64,000 bases of DNA. It comes from Isurus oxyrinchus. Taxonomy: Eukaryota. Below are positions 51,134 through 64,000 of this stretch, piece by piece; position 1 is the stretch's first letter; each line of letters opens with the position of its first letter. The stretch lies in the NCBI GenBank assembly GCA_026770705.1, contig JANJGN010000026.1:35154001-35218000 (forward strand), read 5' to 3'. Made by a program: the position numbers and the translations under genes. The notes below the pieces were generated by a model. It ran no database searches, was not told where the DNA came from, and saw only the letters and a list, made by a program, of their open reading frames with translations.

Positions 51134-51657
51134 TGTTTTTGTACGGAGTAGAGCAGCTTTGTCACACTGTGATCCTCAATCCGCAGAAATAGATGGCGCT
51201 GTCTTTAGGCTCTGCTATAGAAATTGGCAAACGAAAAACTTGATAATGACGGAAATGACGAGCATCGAATTTTCCGTTCGCAAACTCGGCATCCCTGCGC
51301 CTGGTTTTATCATGGTACAACAGAAAAAGGGATGCCTGGTTCGGGTGCAGCCGGTACCAGTAGCAACCTGGATCCATCAGAACTGGAGTTGTACTCACAG
51401 TTCAATTGCGGATTATCTTCCTCATGTAACTTCAACTCATGTTATCTCTGCACTACCGAACTCCCTCGGATTTTACCTGTAAAATAATATAGAAAACAGC
51501 GGTTAACACACTTAGTGATTACGAGCATTCCAGTCCACAATTGCGGTATAACTATTATAAGGGGCGTTTGGATAATTTCCACCAGAGAAAGGAAATCATT
51601 TTAATACTTACAGATTAAAAGGGGAAGAATGATAAGTCACATCAAAACAGGGTTCAC
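51134..51657 (-). pseudogene. TCR alpha/delta V pseudogene with intact RSS
   Basis: Leader contains a stop. Exon from 51476 GKIRGSSVVQR*HEL...LNCEYNS/frameshift/YWYRLHPNQ...DSAIYFCGLR. RSS CACAGTG-22-ACAAAAACA (51171-51134). Confidence 0.9.
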
Positions 51658-51959
51658 ATGTCCCTGTATAACTATTAAAAAGGAGATCTGGAACAGCTCA
51701 ACAGGCGTCAGCTCTAAAGTCCTGGCAAAATATTCCTGACTCTAATGTTAAAGTCTTGCCGAGCACGTGCTTAATCAAGGTTTGCTTCCTTGGCACACGA
51801 TCACCTCAATGACATCCGGAAAGTTGCTCAGTTACAAACAGCAGAAATTACCAGGTGATAGACGTAAGCAAGAAACAAACGCAGTTAGCGCCAGTCCGGT
51901 TGGGACAGCAAAGATCACTAGTGTGCATGCTTACGTCATACTAGTGGAACACTAGGTGC

Positions 51960-53700
51960 CACAAAACCCACTGTAATATAAATAGACACATAATCAGGAG
52001 TATTATAAATAAATGTTTAGTGTCGTACTGCAATAACTGAGGCAGACATTGTGTAATATAAGTGAAAGCAATGTTTCAAATATTTTAAACAGAGACATAT
52101 TCTAAGTAAGTGCTAACTCAGTGCTTTGTGAGATAAGCATGGTATACCGGAGTGAAAACTGAAAAAGCATCTAGTGTAAATTAAACGAAGACACGATTTA
52201 GTGCTGATATAACTGCACAACCAGTGGTGAAGTTCAAACACTGACCGACCCTGGTCTAACATAAAGAAGCAGTGTCTTCAATGCAGTACTCACTGATACA
52301 AGGTCTAGTGTAAAATAAAGATAGAAATGGTCTACCGCCGTAAACAATGTTAAAGGATACACGTCTATTTTAATGTAAACAATGGCATTGGCTTGTGCTG
52401 TGAAAACTGAGATAGGGTCTTGCGCAATATAAGCAACCACATGGTTTGAAGCAGAGCATAGAAAAAGCGCTACGCATAAGAGAACGACTCACATAGTTCA
52501 GTGCTAACAAAGAAAGGTCATCTAATGCAATAATTGCTTAAGCACAGTCCAGCTTAATACAAATAGCGACATGCTCTACTGTCGTAAAAACAGGCTAGGT
52601 CGAATCTTTTATAAGTTGAAACACACATTCTAGTGCATTAATATCTATGGCACAGTTTTGTGTAATACGAACAGAGATCATATTCTTACACCAATAACTG
52701 AGATAGGATAAGTGTAACTTAAACAGTTCAACAATGTAATGTAATATGTAGAACAGCGTCTACTGCAATATAAACGTGGCTGGAAGCTTGTGTAATATGA
52801 ACAAGGACAGAGTCTAGAGGCAGGTCCTCAATTATTGTAAACAGTGACTTTATCCAATCTAATAATGACGAATACCCAGAGAAACATACGAAGTGTCATG
52901 CTATTGCTTAATATAAACAGGAACAGGGTCTACTGGCATTTTAACCGAGACATGGCCGACTGCACGATTAACTGAATCATCCCCCAGTGTAATATAGCTG
53001 AAGCATAATTTAATTAATTAATGTCTAAGACCTGGCCGACTGTATTGTCAGAAGGGATGCGTTGGACGGCAATAATAAACTGACGCCGGTTCCGCCCGAA
53101 AGCAAACAGACACATGGTCGAGCGGAGTAACAATTAAGAGATGGCCTGACACAAGTTACAGAGTAGAAGGAGCTGAGATAGACATGGGTGCAAAGATGCA
53201 AGAGACAAGTCCAACATAGAATAACATGTGATCTCGTGCAGCAACAACGGAACTGCACTGAGACCGAGTCTGTAGGAGATAGAACAATGGCATGGTGTTC
53301 TGGGATATTATGTCAAAACATGATATAGTGTGATATGAAATCAGATAAATGTCCGCGGTAATATGGACAGAGAGAGAATCTAGTATAATCAAAACTGAGA
53401 TAAGGCCTGGAATAATTTGCAAATGGACACTTCACAGTTTACGACAAATACAGGATGCAAATTAACAGAACTATAGCCTAGTGCACTATTAAATAAAGCA
53501 GGACCTAGTGTGATACAAGCAGGGGGCGATTCTCATGCTGTAGTAAAATACCACTTAGTCTAATATAAACAGAAATATGATCTGGTTTAAAGTGATCAGA
53601 GGCATGGTCTAGTGAATTAAAAACTGAGAGAGGACACCCTTTAAAAACAGTGGCGTCGTCTAATACATTTTTAACATAGCCTGCTGAAATACAAATGAAG
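51960..53700 (+). repeat. Highly degenerate short-period (~27 bp) satellite
   Basis: Recurring variants of ggtctagtgtaatataaacagagaca; further patches at 55690-55850 and 59950-60520, and inverted at 5070-5190. Confidence 0.65.
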
Positions 53701-54190
53701 GAATGGTCCTACGGCCATCGGGTGGACGCTGAATGCAATGACCCTAGTTCGCCGATGCCACAATGTTAATGGAAATGATAGTTCTCAGGAGGACTCTAAG
53801 ATTCTGTAAAGGAATACAAACCGATTAAAAGTGTGGAAGCAGCACAGAAGACGGACTAAGCGTGACATTCTGCACTTGGTAGTGGTGCTGAGGGGCGGGG
53901 GGACAGGGCCTTAGTTATAGATCACGGAAAGTTAAAATTCTGGCACAGTATGCGGTTAGGAAATCAAATGGTATGTTAGCCATTTTTGAAATGGATTAGA
54001 GTATGAGTTTAGAAGTCTTACAGCAATTGTATAAGGCCTTGGTGAGATTACCTCGGGTACAGTGTACAGTTTTGGTCTTCAAACCTAAGCAAGGATGTAT
54101 TTGCCTTAGAGAGGATGTGACAAAGGTTGACCACATTAATTCCTGGGATGAGGTGCTTGTCTCATGATGAGAGGTTAAGTCGGCTTTGCA
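53700..54190 (+). mobile_element. Old CR1 fragment
   Basis: caattgtataaggccttggtgaga...agtgtacagttttggtct...caaaggtt. Confidence 0.65.
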
Positions 54191-54199
54191 CACATTTCA

Positions 54200-55350
54200 C
54201 TGAACTTTTTAATTTTTTTTTTTAAAGGATGTGGGCTTCGTTGACTGGGCCAGCATTTTTTGCCCATCCCTAATTGCCCTTAAGAAGGGGTTCGTGAGCT
54301 GCCTTGCGGAATCGCTGAAGTCCCTGTGGTGCAGGTACACCCACAGTACAATTACAGATGGGGTTCCAGGATTTTGACCCAGCGACAGTGAAAGACCGGT
54401 GATATTTTCCCAAGTTAGAATGCTGGGTGTCTTGGATGGGATGATTCCTAATGGCGGCAATCCTATGTGTCTGCTGTGTTGCCCTTCTTGCTAGTTGTGG
54501 TCCTGAGTTTGGAAGTTGCTGTCTAAGGAGCCTTGGTAAATTCCTGCAGTGCAGCTTGTTGATGTGCGTCGGTCGTGGAGGGAGTGAATGCTTGTTGATG
54601 GGATGTCAAACAAGTGGGTTGTTTGATCAGGGGCCGCATCAAGCTCCTTGATTGCGGTGCTCATCCAGACAAATGGAGATTATTCCAAAACACCCGTGAC
54701 TTGTGCCTTGTGGATAGTGGACAGGCTTTAGTGAGTCAGGGGGTGAATTACTTGACGTACGACTCCTAGCTTCTGGCCTGCTCTTGCAGGCATAGTATTC
54801 ATGTGGCTAGTCCAGTTCAGTTTCTGGTCAATGATAACACCCAGGATGTTGATATGTGGGGATTCTGAGATGGAAATGCCTTTGCACATCAAGAGGCAAT
54901 GGTCAGATTCTTTCTTGTTGGAGATGTTCATTGCCTGGTACCTGTATGGCGTGAATGTTACTTACCACTTATCAGCCGAAGTCTGGACATTGGCTAGGTC
55001 TTGCTGCATTTGGACATGGACTGCCTCAGTACCTGAGGAGTCGTGAATGGTGCTGAACATTGTGTAATCATCAGTGGACCTCATCACTTCTAACCTTCTC
55101 ATTTAAGTAAGGTCATTGATGAAGCAGCTGAAGATGGTGGGGATGAGGGCACGACCCTGAGGAACTCCTGCAGTGATGTCCCAGAACTGAGATGATTGGC
55201 TTTTAACAGCCACAACGATCTTCTTTAGTGCTGTGTATGACTCCAACCAGCGGAGAGCTTTCTCCCAAATACCCGTTGATTCCAGTTTTGCCAGGGCCCC
55301 TTGACGCCTCACTGAGTCAAATGCTGCCTTCATGTCAAGTGCAGTCGCTT
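54200..55350 (-). mobile_element. CR1/L2-superfamily LINE, RT fragment plus 3' end
   Basis: ALDMKAAFDSV...LAKLES.GI...LRWLESY...GVPQGRALIPTIFSCFINDL; ILGVIIDQKLNWTSH; A-rich tail near 54210. Confidence 0.85.
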
Positions 55351-56364
55351 TCAACTGTCCTCTGATAATAATGAGAAGGGATCTCACATATAATTTTTAA
55401 GGAGCTGCGAGGATTTCGGCTTCACCGGGGAATCTAGTACCAAGGCTCACAATCTCAGCATACAGGGTTGACAATTTGGGACTGAGGTTTCTGTACCCAT
55501 TGAACTTTGGGGTTTCTGGTGACAAAAAGAATTAAGGAATATGGGGATATTCCTGTAACGTGGAACTGAGGCAGAACATGAACCATAAATTTACTGCTTG
55601 GTGGTGAGGACTCGAATGGTTGATTGCCTAATATATTCCTATATCGTATATTTTTATGTAGAACTGTCTCATTATTTTTACATTAATAGAGAAACGTGGC
55701 TGAGTGCAATCATTCATGTTCCAGTGTCTAGTGTAATATAAACAAAAATATGATTTGGTACAGTGCAACTGAGATAAGTTCTAGCGGACTAAGGACAATG
55801 ACATGCTCTTGTACAGTAATGACAGAGATAGGTCCTTGTGCACTATGAGCACACGTTCGGCTGCCAGTAGGTGTCTACAGATTTCAAATGCGCCACTACA
55901 GCACTGCCTCATTATGTCTACAGCACATTTTTATTTTCAGCACTAGTTGAAAATTTGACATTGTAATTGATGTACAAATGCTGTGCAAGTCATTGATAAT
56001 CGTATTAGCAGGTCAACAGACACTGACCGACCACCCCATCACGTTCCACAGGAGGTAAAATGGGTTTTAAGTGCACTACTTGAAGATGAGCTTCATGCAC
56101 AGAAACATCAACGACAGAGGAAAGTGTCTCAGAGCCCAGCAATGTATCTTTGGTTATTTAAGGTCAAGAGGGGAATATTGACCAATATATTGTGTGGGAC
56201 CATGCGAGCTTTAAGTCCTGCCAGAACAGCCAAGGTTCATGATCTCTCCAAAAAGATAGCACCTTTTCAATAACCCGATTAGAATTCTGGTAGTTATGCT
56301 CAGGTTCTGAATTTGAGGTGGAATCCACAATGTTATGACTCTCAAATCAGCACAATAAGAAAGG

Positions 56365-58645
56365 AATAATTGGCAATCTACTTGTGCGAGGCTCCTTGGG
56401 GATGAGCGACCATAATATGATAGAATTCTTCATCAAGATGGAGAGTGACATAGTTGATTCTGAGACTAGGGCCCTGAATCTTAATAAAGGAAACTACGAT
56501 GGTTTGAGGCGCGAGTTGGCTATGATGGATTGAGAAACAATACTTAAAGGGACAAAGGTGGATAGGCATTGGCAAACTTTCAAACAGCGCATGGGTGAAC
56601 TGAAACAATTGTTTATTCCTGTCTGGCGCATAAGTAAAATATGAAAGGTGGACAAACCATGGCTTACAGGGGAACTTAGAGTTTGTGTTAGATCCAAGGA
56701 AGAGTCATACATATTGGCCAGAAAAAACAACAGGCTTGAGGTTTGGAAGCACTCTAGAATTCAGCAAAGGAGGACCAAGCAATTGATTAAGAAGGGGAAA
56801 ATAGAGCCAGAAAGTAAGCTTGCGGGGAACATAAAAATTGACTGTAAAAGTTGCTCTAGGTATGTGAAGAGAAAAAGATTGGTGAAGACAAATGTAGGCC
56901 CCTTATAGTAAGAAACAGGGGAATTTATAATGGGGAACAAACAAATGGCCGACCAACTAAGTACATACTTTGCCTTCAAAATGGAGGACAAAAATAACAA
57001 GGAATGTTGTGGAACACATGGTTTAGTGAGAGCGAGGAACTGAAAGAAATCAGTATTAGTAGGGAGTTGGTGTTGTGGAAATTGATGGGATTGAAGGCCG
57101 ATAAACCACAAGGGCCTGATAATCTATATCCCAGAGTGCTTAAGAAAGTGGCCCAAATATTATGGATGCATTGGTGGTCATCTTCCGAGATTCTATATAC
57201 TCTGGACCAGTTCCTGCAGATTGGAGGTTAGTTAATGTAACCCCGCCATTCCAAAAGGGAAGTTGAGAGAAAAGCGGGAATTATAAACCAGTCAGCCTGA
57301 CGTCCGTAATGGGGAAAATTCAAAAGTCTATTAGAAAACTTTAATAGCTGAGCACTTGGAAAACAGTGACAGATTCGGACAGAGTCAGCATGGATTTACA
57401 AATGGGAAATCATGCTTGACAAATCTACTGGAAGTTTTCGAGAATGTAACGAGTAGAGTTGATGGGGGGGCCCAGTGGATTTGGATTTTCAGAAGGCTTC
57501 GACAAAGTCCCACATAAGGGATTAGCGTGTAAAATTAAATCACATGGGACTGGGAGTAGTGTTTTGAGATGGATGGAAAACTGTTTGGCAGACAGGAAAC
57601 AAAGAGTTGGAATAAATGGGCCTTTTTCTGAATGGCAGCAGTGATTCGTGGGGTACCACAGCGATTGGTATATATTAATGATTTAGATGAAGGAGCTAAA
57701 TGTAATATCTCCAAATTTGTCGATGACACAAAGTTGGGTGGGAGGGTGAGCTTTGCGGAGGATGCAGAGATGCTTCAGTAAGATTTGGAAAAGTTAAGTG
57801 AATAGGCAAATGCATGGCAGATGCAATGTAATGTGCAAAAATGTGATGTTATCCACTTTAGTAGCAAAAACAATAAGGCAGGTTATTATCTGAATGGCTA
57901 TACATTGGAAGGGGAATGTGTAACGAGACCTGGATGTCCTCGTGCATCAGTCCTTGAAGGTAAGCATGCAGGTACACCAGGCGGTAAAGAAGGCAAATGG
58001 TAAGTTGGCCTTCATAGCGACAGGATTCGAGTACAGGAGCAGGGTGTCTTGCTACAATTATACAGGGCCTTGGTGAGACCACCTTTGGAATATTGTCTGC
58101 AGTTTTGGTCTCCATTCTGACGAAGGGTATTCTTGCTATAGATGGAGTACAGCGATGTTTACTCAGACTGATTCCTGGGATGTCGGGACTGACATATGAG
58201 GAGAGATTGAGTCGGTTAGGATTACATTCGCTGAAGTTCAGAAGAATTGGGGGGGGATCTCATAGAAACATATAGAATTCTAACAGGACTAGACAGGGTA
58301 CATGCAGGAAGGATGTTCCCGATGGTGGAGGGGTCTAGAACCAGGGGTCACAGTCTGTGGATACGGGGTAGACCATTTAGGACTGATATGAGGAGAAATT
58401 TCTTCACCCAGAGAGTAGTGAGCCTGTGAAATTTGCTACCAAAGACAGAAGTTGAGGCCAAAACATTGTATGTTCTCAATAAGGAGTTAGATATAGCTTT
58501 TGGGGCGAAAGGGCTCAAATGATATGGGGAGAAACCTGGAGCAGGCTATTGAGTTCGATGATCAGCCATGATCATATTGAATGATGGAGCAGGCTCGAAG
58601 GGCCGAATGGCCTACTCCTGCTCCTAGTTTCAATGTTTCAATGTA
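56365..58645 (+). mobile_element. CR1 LINE, ~2.3 kb of disrupted ORF2 with 3' end
   Basis: SDHNMI, KPWLT, GPDNLYPRVLK, RQSQHGF, FQKAFDKVPH, SKFVDDTKLG, RPPLEY, RTRGHSL; ends gccgaatggcctactcctgctcc followed by ttcaatgt repeats. Confidence 0.93.
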
Positions 58646-60189
58646 AGTCATTTTCGCTACTAAAGAGCTGAAAGGCTTGAGGTCATATCTTATATTTACA
58701 AATATACCATTTCATTCGCTGACACAGTTTCTGTTAAGCATCCCTATGCTAATATCACATAAAGCAGCCTGAAGAATACAATTGCTAACCTTAATTCATC
58801 CAATTTCAATTTATGGGCTCATCAAGCCGAAAGGAAAGATGGAGCCCGTTCACCCCATCAAAACTGTGCCCGATCCCTGGAAAAAAATATTCTTATAATT
58901 AGATGTACTCTCCTTCTCTTTCTCCAAACCCCTGCACCTCTTCCACTTGCAAGCATCTGTACAGTTTCCTTTTTAAAGTCCCAACTGAATATAGTTCCAT
59001 TCCCCTAAAGGAAATAAAGCCCAGCTCACAACAATTCGCTGCATAAAAAAAAGTGACTTTTCCCCTTTATTCCTCTACGAATTGTCTGAACATTGGCTAC
59101 CGATCCTCCTGCCAGTGGAATTAGCATCTCACTAACAATTCTGTGAAACAACCTTTCAGAAATTTAGAAACCTCTGGTATAATCCCCCTCTAAGATTCCC
59201 TGCCCTAAGGAAGAAATCCTGTTTCTCTAATCTCTTTAGATACCCGAGGTATCTCAACTCTGGTTCAATTTGAATAAATATCTTCTGGGCCCGCTCCAAA
59301 ACTATTGTATGCTTCTGAAAGTGTGGTTTCGAATAAATTTAATACCTGTTTTCCCTTCAGATAAGTTCCAGCGATATATGCTCGTTTACAATTAGTCTAA
59401 ACAACAATTTGTGTAATTCCAATCTCTGTACCAATACTATTACTTTCGCCGACAGCGCACAGAATGACCTGTCCTCGACAAAATTGGTTTCAGTTTTCAA
59501 TGTCAGTAAGATCACTCTCACCACCTGCTGACGAACACCCTCTACTACAAGCCCCGGAGTTTATCTAAAATGATTCAGAATTTGCCAGTGAATTTCACTC
59601 AGTGAAGTTTTCCAACGCAAACCACGAGAGACTAGAGATGAACAAGAATTAAGTACGGATGTGCCAATATTACTGTTATGAATTCCGAGAAGTTTTCCGT
59701 GAGAAGGTGTGCAGTTACTGAGCAAGAGACTGGCAGCGAAGAAAGGAACAAAACCATTTCTGCCGGTGGAGCGGGATGAACAGCTGCAGCTCAGTTTCTT
59801 GTGGCGGAGGCTCACTTGCGCCCCTCTTATGGCGCATTGTAAACGTCTGGAACGAACAAAGAGCGCATCGAAATTTTGCAGATATTTTCAGTGCACGGTT
59901 GCAACACGGAGACTATAATGTCAAGCGACACTTCCCGTTTACAGGTGTTTTCATTACACCAGACAGACGTTCATGTGATAGAATCAGAGGCATGGCGTAA
60001 TGAAATATAAACGGAGCCAGGGCCCAATATAGTAAAAACCAGGAGACAACGTCTGATGTAACATAAACAAAGGCATGTATTTATGCAGCAACATCTGGCA
60101 CATGGCCAAATGTAATATAAATTATTATATTATAATACAATGCATCGTATTATGAAATACTATATTATAATAGCATTACAAAATCAAGT

Positions 60190-60276
60190 GTAGCTGCATA
60201 GGGAAATTGGTTGTCACTCTATTCTATGCATGGGTAAGGCATTCAAGGCTTGTGGGCTTGAATTCCACCATGGTCA
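60190..60276 (+). pseudogene. Very degenerate tRNA-Arg(TCT) relic, paralog of 4909-5004
   Basis: TTCTA-tgcatgggtaaggc-ATTCAAggcTTGTGGGcttGAATtCCACC, at the same position within a duplicated block. Confidence 0.5.
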
Positions 60277-60779
60277 AATTTCGAGGGGACAAATTGAGAC
60301 AAACTCAGCTCTGATTCTGCAGCAGTAACAACTGCGGCGGGGTTCTGGTGTAATATCACGTGAAATAGATGCAATGCTAGAATGAACTAAATTACGTGCT
60401 CTTCTGTAATTTAAACAGGTGTTTCATCAGTGCAGCAATAACAGAAACCGTGAATCATATTATATAAATGGAGAAATAGCTACATAAACAGTGATAGAGA
60501 GTATAGATATAGTTCCAAGCTAAGATATCCATTTGCTTGACGAATCAAATGACCCGAACTATCAATAATCTATGAAAATACAGTCACGTAAGCTTACATT
60601 GATTAGACGCACGGCCACCTCCATTTGACCTTCCATGGTATGACCTACAGTCAGTTCCCCAAGAACATCCTGAGCACCCGTGGCTACAGCAGCACATCAG
60701 AGGTTGAATCCTGATTCCCAATCGCAGCTGTGGGGTGTGAAGCCCATAGGATGCACTGCAGCAGCACACAAAGCCTTTA

Positions 60780-61430
60780 TTTTACTAGTTTATGGGCTTC
60801 GCTGGCTGGGGAAGCAATCATTGCCCATCCCAAGTTGCCTTTTAGAAGGTGGGGGGAGCTGCCTTCTTTAACCGCTGCAGTCCATGTGGTGTAGGTACGC
60901 CCAAAGTGCTGTAAGGAAAGGAGTGCCAGGATTTTGACCCAGTAATTGAAGGACTAGTGGATATATTTCCAAGTTCGGATGGTGAGTGACTTGGAGGGGA
61001 ACTTCCAGGTAGTGGTGTTACGGTCTATCTGTCTGCCCTTGTCCTTCTAGGCGGTAGCGATCGTGGATTTGGAAGGTAATGTCGTGTACCCTCGGAGAGT
61101 TTCTGCAGTGCACCTTGTAGATGGTACAGACTGCTGCTACTGTGCATCAGTGGTAAGTACCCCCCAAACCCATGATCTCAATCACTTGGAAGGGCAACGG
61201 GAACATGGTAAGAACCATCACATCCACTTTCCCCTCCAAGTCAAACATCATTCCAACTTACATATATCGCCGGTCCTTCATCGATCCTGGCTCTTAATTT
61301 TGTAAATCCTAGCTGACAGCATTGTGTGTTCAACTTCAGCAGAGGAGCTGCTGTGGTTCAAGAAGGTTGTTCCCTGGTGGGAAGTAGAAACGTGTGTTAA
61401 ATACGGGCCTTCATAGCGCTTTCCACATCA
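60780..61430. mobile_element. Two oppositely oriented LINE 3' fragments (60780-61153 on -, 61160-61430 on +)
   Basis: Same family as 41930-42200 and 54200-55350. Confidence 0.7.
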
Positions 61431-61994
61431 CCAGAAAAGATGCAAGGCAATGCGAGAAACAGCGGGTACAGAATGACAAATACCAGGCGTTATCTTTCTT
61501 GCTTTTGTCAGTTTTTCGCTCAGTTTTACTGTATATTTGAAATCTTTGGTTTTTGTTCTTTCTCTATTCCAGTTTTTTCTCTCCTCTCCTCCACTTTCCC
61601 TCGTGCACTCTCATTCATTAATTCTCTTCCTGCTTTTGGAATATGATGAGTTGCCTTACATCGCAAAAATATTACTTTTATGAGCACGACGTCGAGGCAG
61701 TGATGGCGGGGCGAATTTTCAAACACAAAGCCCGCCCAGCGCGGTGCTGTACACAACCCGGGTCTCTCCTCCTCCTATATGAATTATATTCTGAGTAATG
61801 CCGTCAGATGCGGCAGGAGGACGAGACAGTTCTCCTGTTCAAACCCAGATAATTGATTTGTTACATTTTGATAACAGCAGAATTGCTTCCTCATCTCCTG
61901 CTCTACATATATGCCAACCCGTTTTTCCACGGTTATTTAACAGATTACAACAGCAAATAAAACTGCTCTTCCAAGGGGCTGTTGTTGCATCATA

Positions 61995-62489
61995 ATAGAT
62001 CTCAAGTCGTACCGTCATCCCGTTACATTCTGATTGGTGTTCGGTAGGTACGGCCATGCCTGGTATCTGTTTACACTTATGTGGTGTTATTAGACATTCT
62101 AACACAGTTAAAGTTATAGTTAGCCCTCGGTTCATTTTTATTTCAGAGGAGATTCGGGCAGATGCGGGATCACAAGCTCAGACTGCACTCTACGTGTCTG
62201 AAGGAGATGGTGTGATTATAGACTGTAGATTATAGACACAACAAACCTCGGTGACCCCAATCTGTGTTAATACAGACAGCATACAACGGCTCCCAGTTTT
62301 ATTTTGCATCGCGAAAACGACAGAAAAATGGACACCGATATTGTCAACGGAAGATCGAAGCCAAGCAGACTAATTCAGAAAAGAAGTTTTCTTCATCGAC
62401 CGCTCGAGCGGAAATAGAAGGCACAGCTCTATCTTTCTGCTGGTTGCGGTCAGAATTATTTCAAACTCATCTGCCGCTGTACAAAAACC
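61995..62489 (+). pseudogene. TCR V pseudogene (third member of the 10560/49805 family)
   Basis: Leader relic ending ttcg|GTAGGT. Exon from 62147 EIRADAGSQAQTALYVSEGDGVIIDC...LC*YRQH...ARAEIEGTALSFC. Nonamer ACAAAAACC at 62481-62489; heptamer decayed. Confidence 0.85.
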
Positions 62490-62957
62490 ACACTGATATA
62501 GAACTGGCACAGGCGTTCTCTCCAGGTCAAAGGAACATGCCCTGCTTTGTCAGTGCTATCCGCTGCTCAGTGGGCCTGACTGCTGCATCTGAATTATAAG
62601 GGTATGAATTCATTTTTCACTCCAGAGAGTTCAGTCCATCATCCAGGCTGATTCTCGGGTTAAACCGACGGTCCCACGACTTTCTTAGATAAAAAAATCC
62701 CAGACCTCTATTTTGGAAAATGATGGCAGATTTCTCCCAAGTTTCCTGGACCTATTCTAATGTTTCAACCGACATCACTAAAACAGCTTATCAGGTTGTT
62801 TTTTTGTGGGAGCTTATGGTGTATATATTAGCTACCGCGTTTCTATATTTCAACAACGACTGCCCTGCGAATTAATCCATTAACTCTTTAAGGTGTGTCG
62901 GGCAGACTGGATTTTTTCGCTGCCATTGTTGGTATATGTAACATATTGAACATTGTA

Positions 62958-63302
62958 ATAGGGAGCAACTGTTCCCCTTAGTTGAAGGGTCAGTCACGAG
63001 GGGACATAAGTTCAAGGTGAGGGGCAGGAGGTTTAGGGGGGATGTGAGGAAAAACTCTTTTACTCACAGGGTGGTGACGGTCTGGAATGCGTTGCCTGAG
63101 AAGGTGGTGGAGGCGAGTTGTCTCACATCTTTTAAAAAGTACCTGGGTGAGCATTTGGCACGTCATAACATTCAAGCTTATGGGCCACGTGCTGGTAAAT
63201 GGGATTAGGTAGATAGGTCAGGTGTTTCTCACGTGTCGGTGCAGACTCGATGGGCCGAAGGGCCTCTTCTGTACTCTGTGATTCTGTGAGTCTGTGATTC
63301 TC
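62958..63302 (+). mobile_element. CR1 3' end
   Basis: RGHKFKVRGRRFRGDVRKNSFTHRVVTVWNALPEKVVEA; tail (ctgtgatt)n. Confidence 0.9.
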
Positions 63303-63699
63303 TGAGTCTGTGTGTGAATTCCTGAAACTATCTGAACTTCTAGAATCACTTTGATGATGTTAATTATTTGACTGGATCTCATGCCTGGACAATGGCGCGC
63401 TGTGCCTGCAAAGCAGCTGATAGGATTTGCAACAATCCGCAAAAAGCATTTGAGCAGAGACCCGAAACAACTATTTTTCCCTGAGCGAGCAACGGAAGAG
63501 GGAGCACAGAGCAGCTTGCCCCTAAGTTCAACGAGGTTCATTAACTTACACTCGACTTTCTCCTCCATGTTTTGTTTACACATATCCTCTAAATCATGAT
63601 GTTTGACGACCCAGTGTTCTCTGGGAAAATAAAACGGAAAACTCAGAATAGCAGCTATTTTCAGTAAAACGTAAAACAAAACAATTCACCATGTTAGTC

Positions 63700-64000
63700 G
63701 GAATGCTATTTTCTTGCTCTATGTGACCCAAAACAACGGTTTACTTCCAATGCTTGTTAAGTCAAAGGGGGATATGATCGTGTTAGCTTGAGTTATCAGG
63801 CTGGCTGGCGGACAGCAGAAAGTGTGCATAAATGGCTCTTTTTCGGATTGCCAGGATGTGACGAGAAGAGTCCCACAGGGTTCTGTATGGAGCCTTATTT
63901 TTATACGATTTACATCAATGACTTAGACGATGTGCTTGAAGACATGCTAGCTAAATTTGCAGGTGACATAAAGATAGGTAGGAAAGTATGTTGCGATGTG
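63700..64000 (+). mobile_element. CR1 RT fragment running off the window
   Basis: WLADSRK..VPQGS..IYINDLD..AKFAGDIKIG. Confidence 0.75.

Overview
Vertebrate, not prokaryotic, DNA. It is almost certainly from a cartilaginous fish (shark-type CR1/Penelope repeats, GPR139-like receptors, an IgNAR-like V). The window is part of a T-cell receptor alpha/delta V region. I count 18 V or V-like segments, 6 on + and 12 on -, and most are pseudogenes. Clean V exons with 23-RSS occur at 5996-6458(-), 23501-23800(+) and 40603-40912(-); a Trp-less open V lies at 49353-49805(-). The centrepiece is a NAR-TCR cassette: leader + NAR-like V (19284-19762, 22-RSS), D (12/12 RSS, 20126-20144), J (23-RSS, 20518-20564). 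The J splices in frame to a leaderless supporting TCR-delta V (23501-23800), and both V domains carry the extra cysteines expected of NAR-TCR. NAR-TCR itself is a known system. Less expected: (i) the supporting V is followed by a 63-bp-periodic tandem array of 23-RSSs; (ii) the NAR V-D-J is bracketed by ~1.3-kb inverted repeats containing the supporting-V acceptor; (iii) the NAR V has a stop codon in its CDR3 stub; (iv) there are at least nine CTCF-like sites; (v) a ~7-kb inverted segmental duplication links 10.2-16.8 kb with 42.4-50.2 kb; (vi) GPR139-like GPCR and tRNA-Arg(TCT) relics are interspersed among the Vs. No TCR C exon and no conventional TCR D/J cluster was seen. All calls come from reading the sequence by eye, without database searches.
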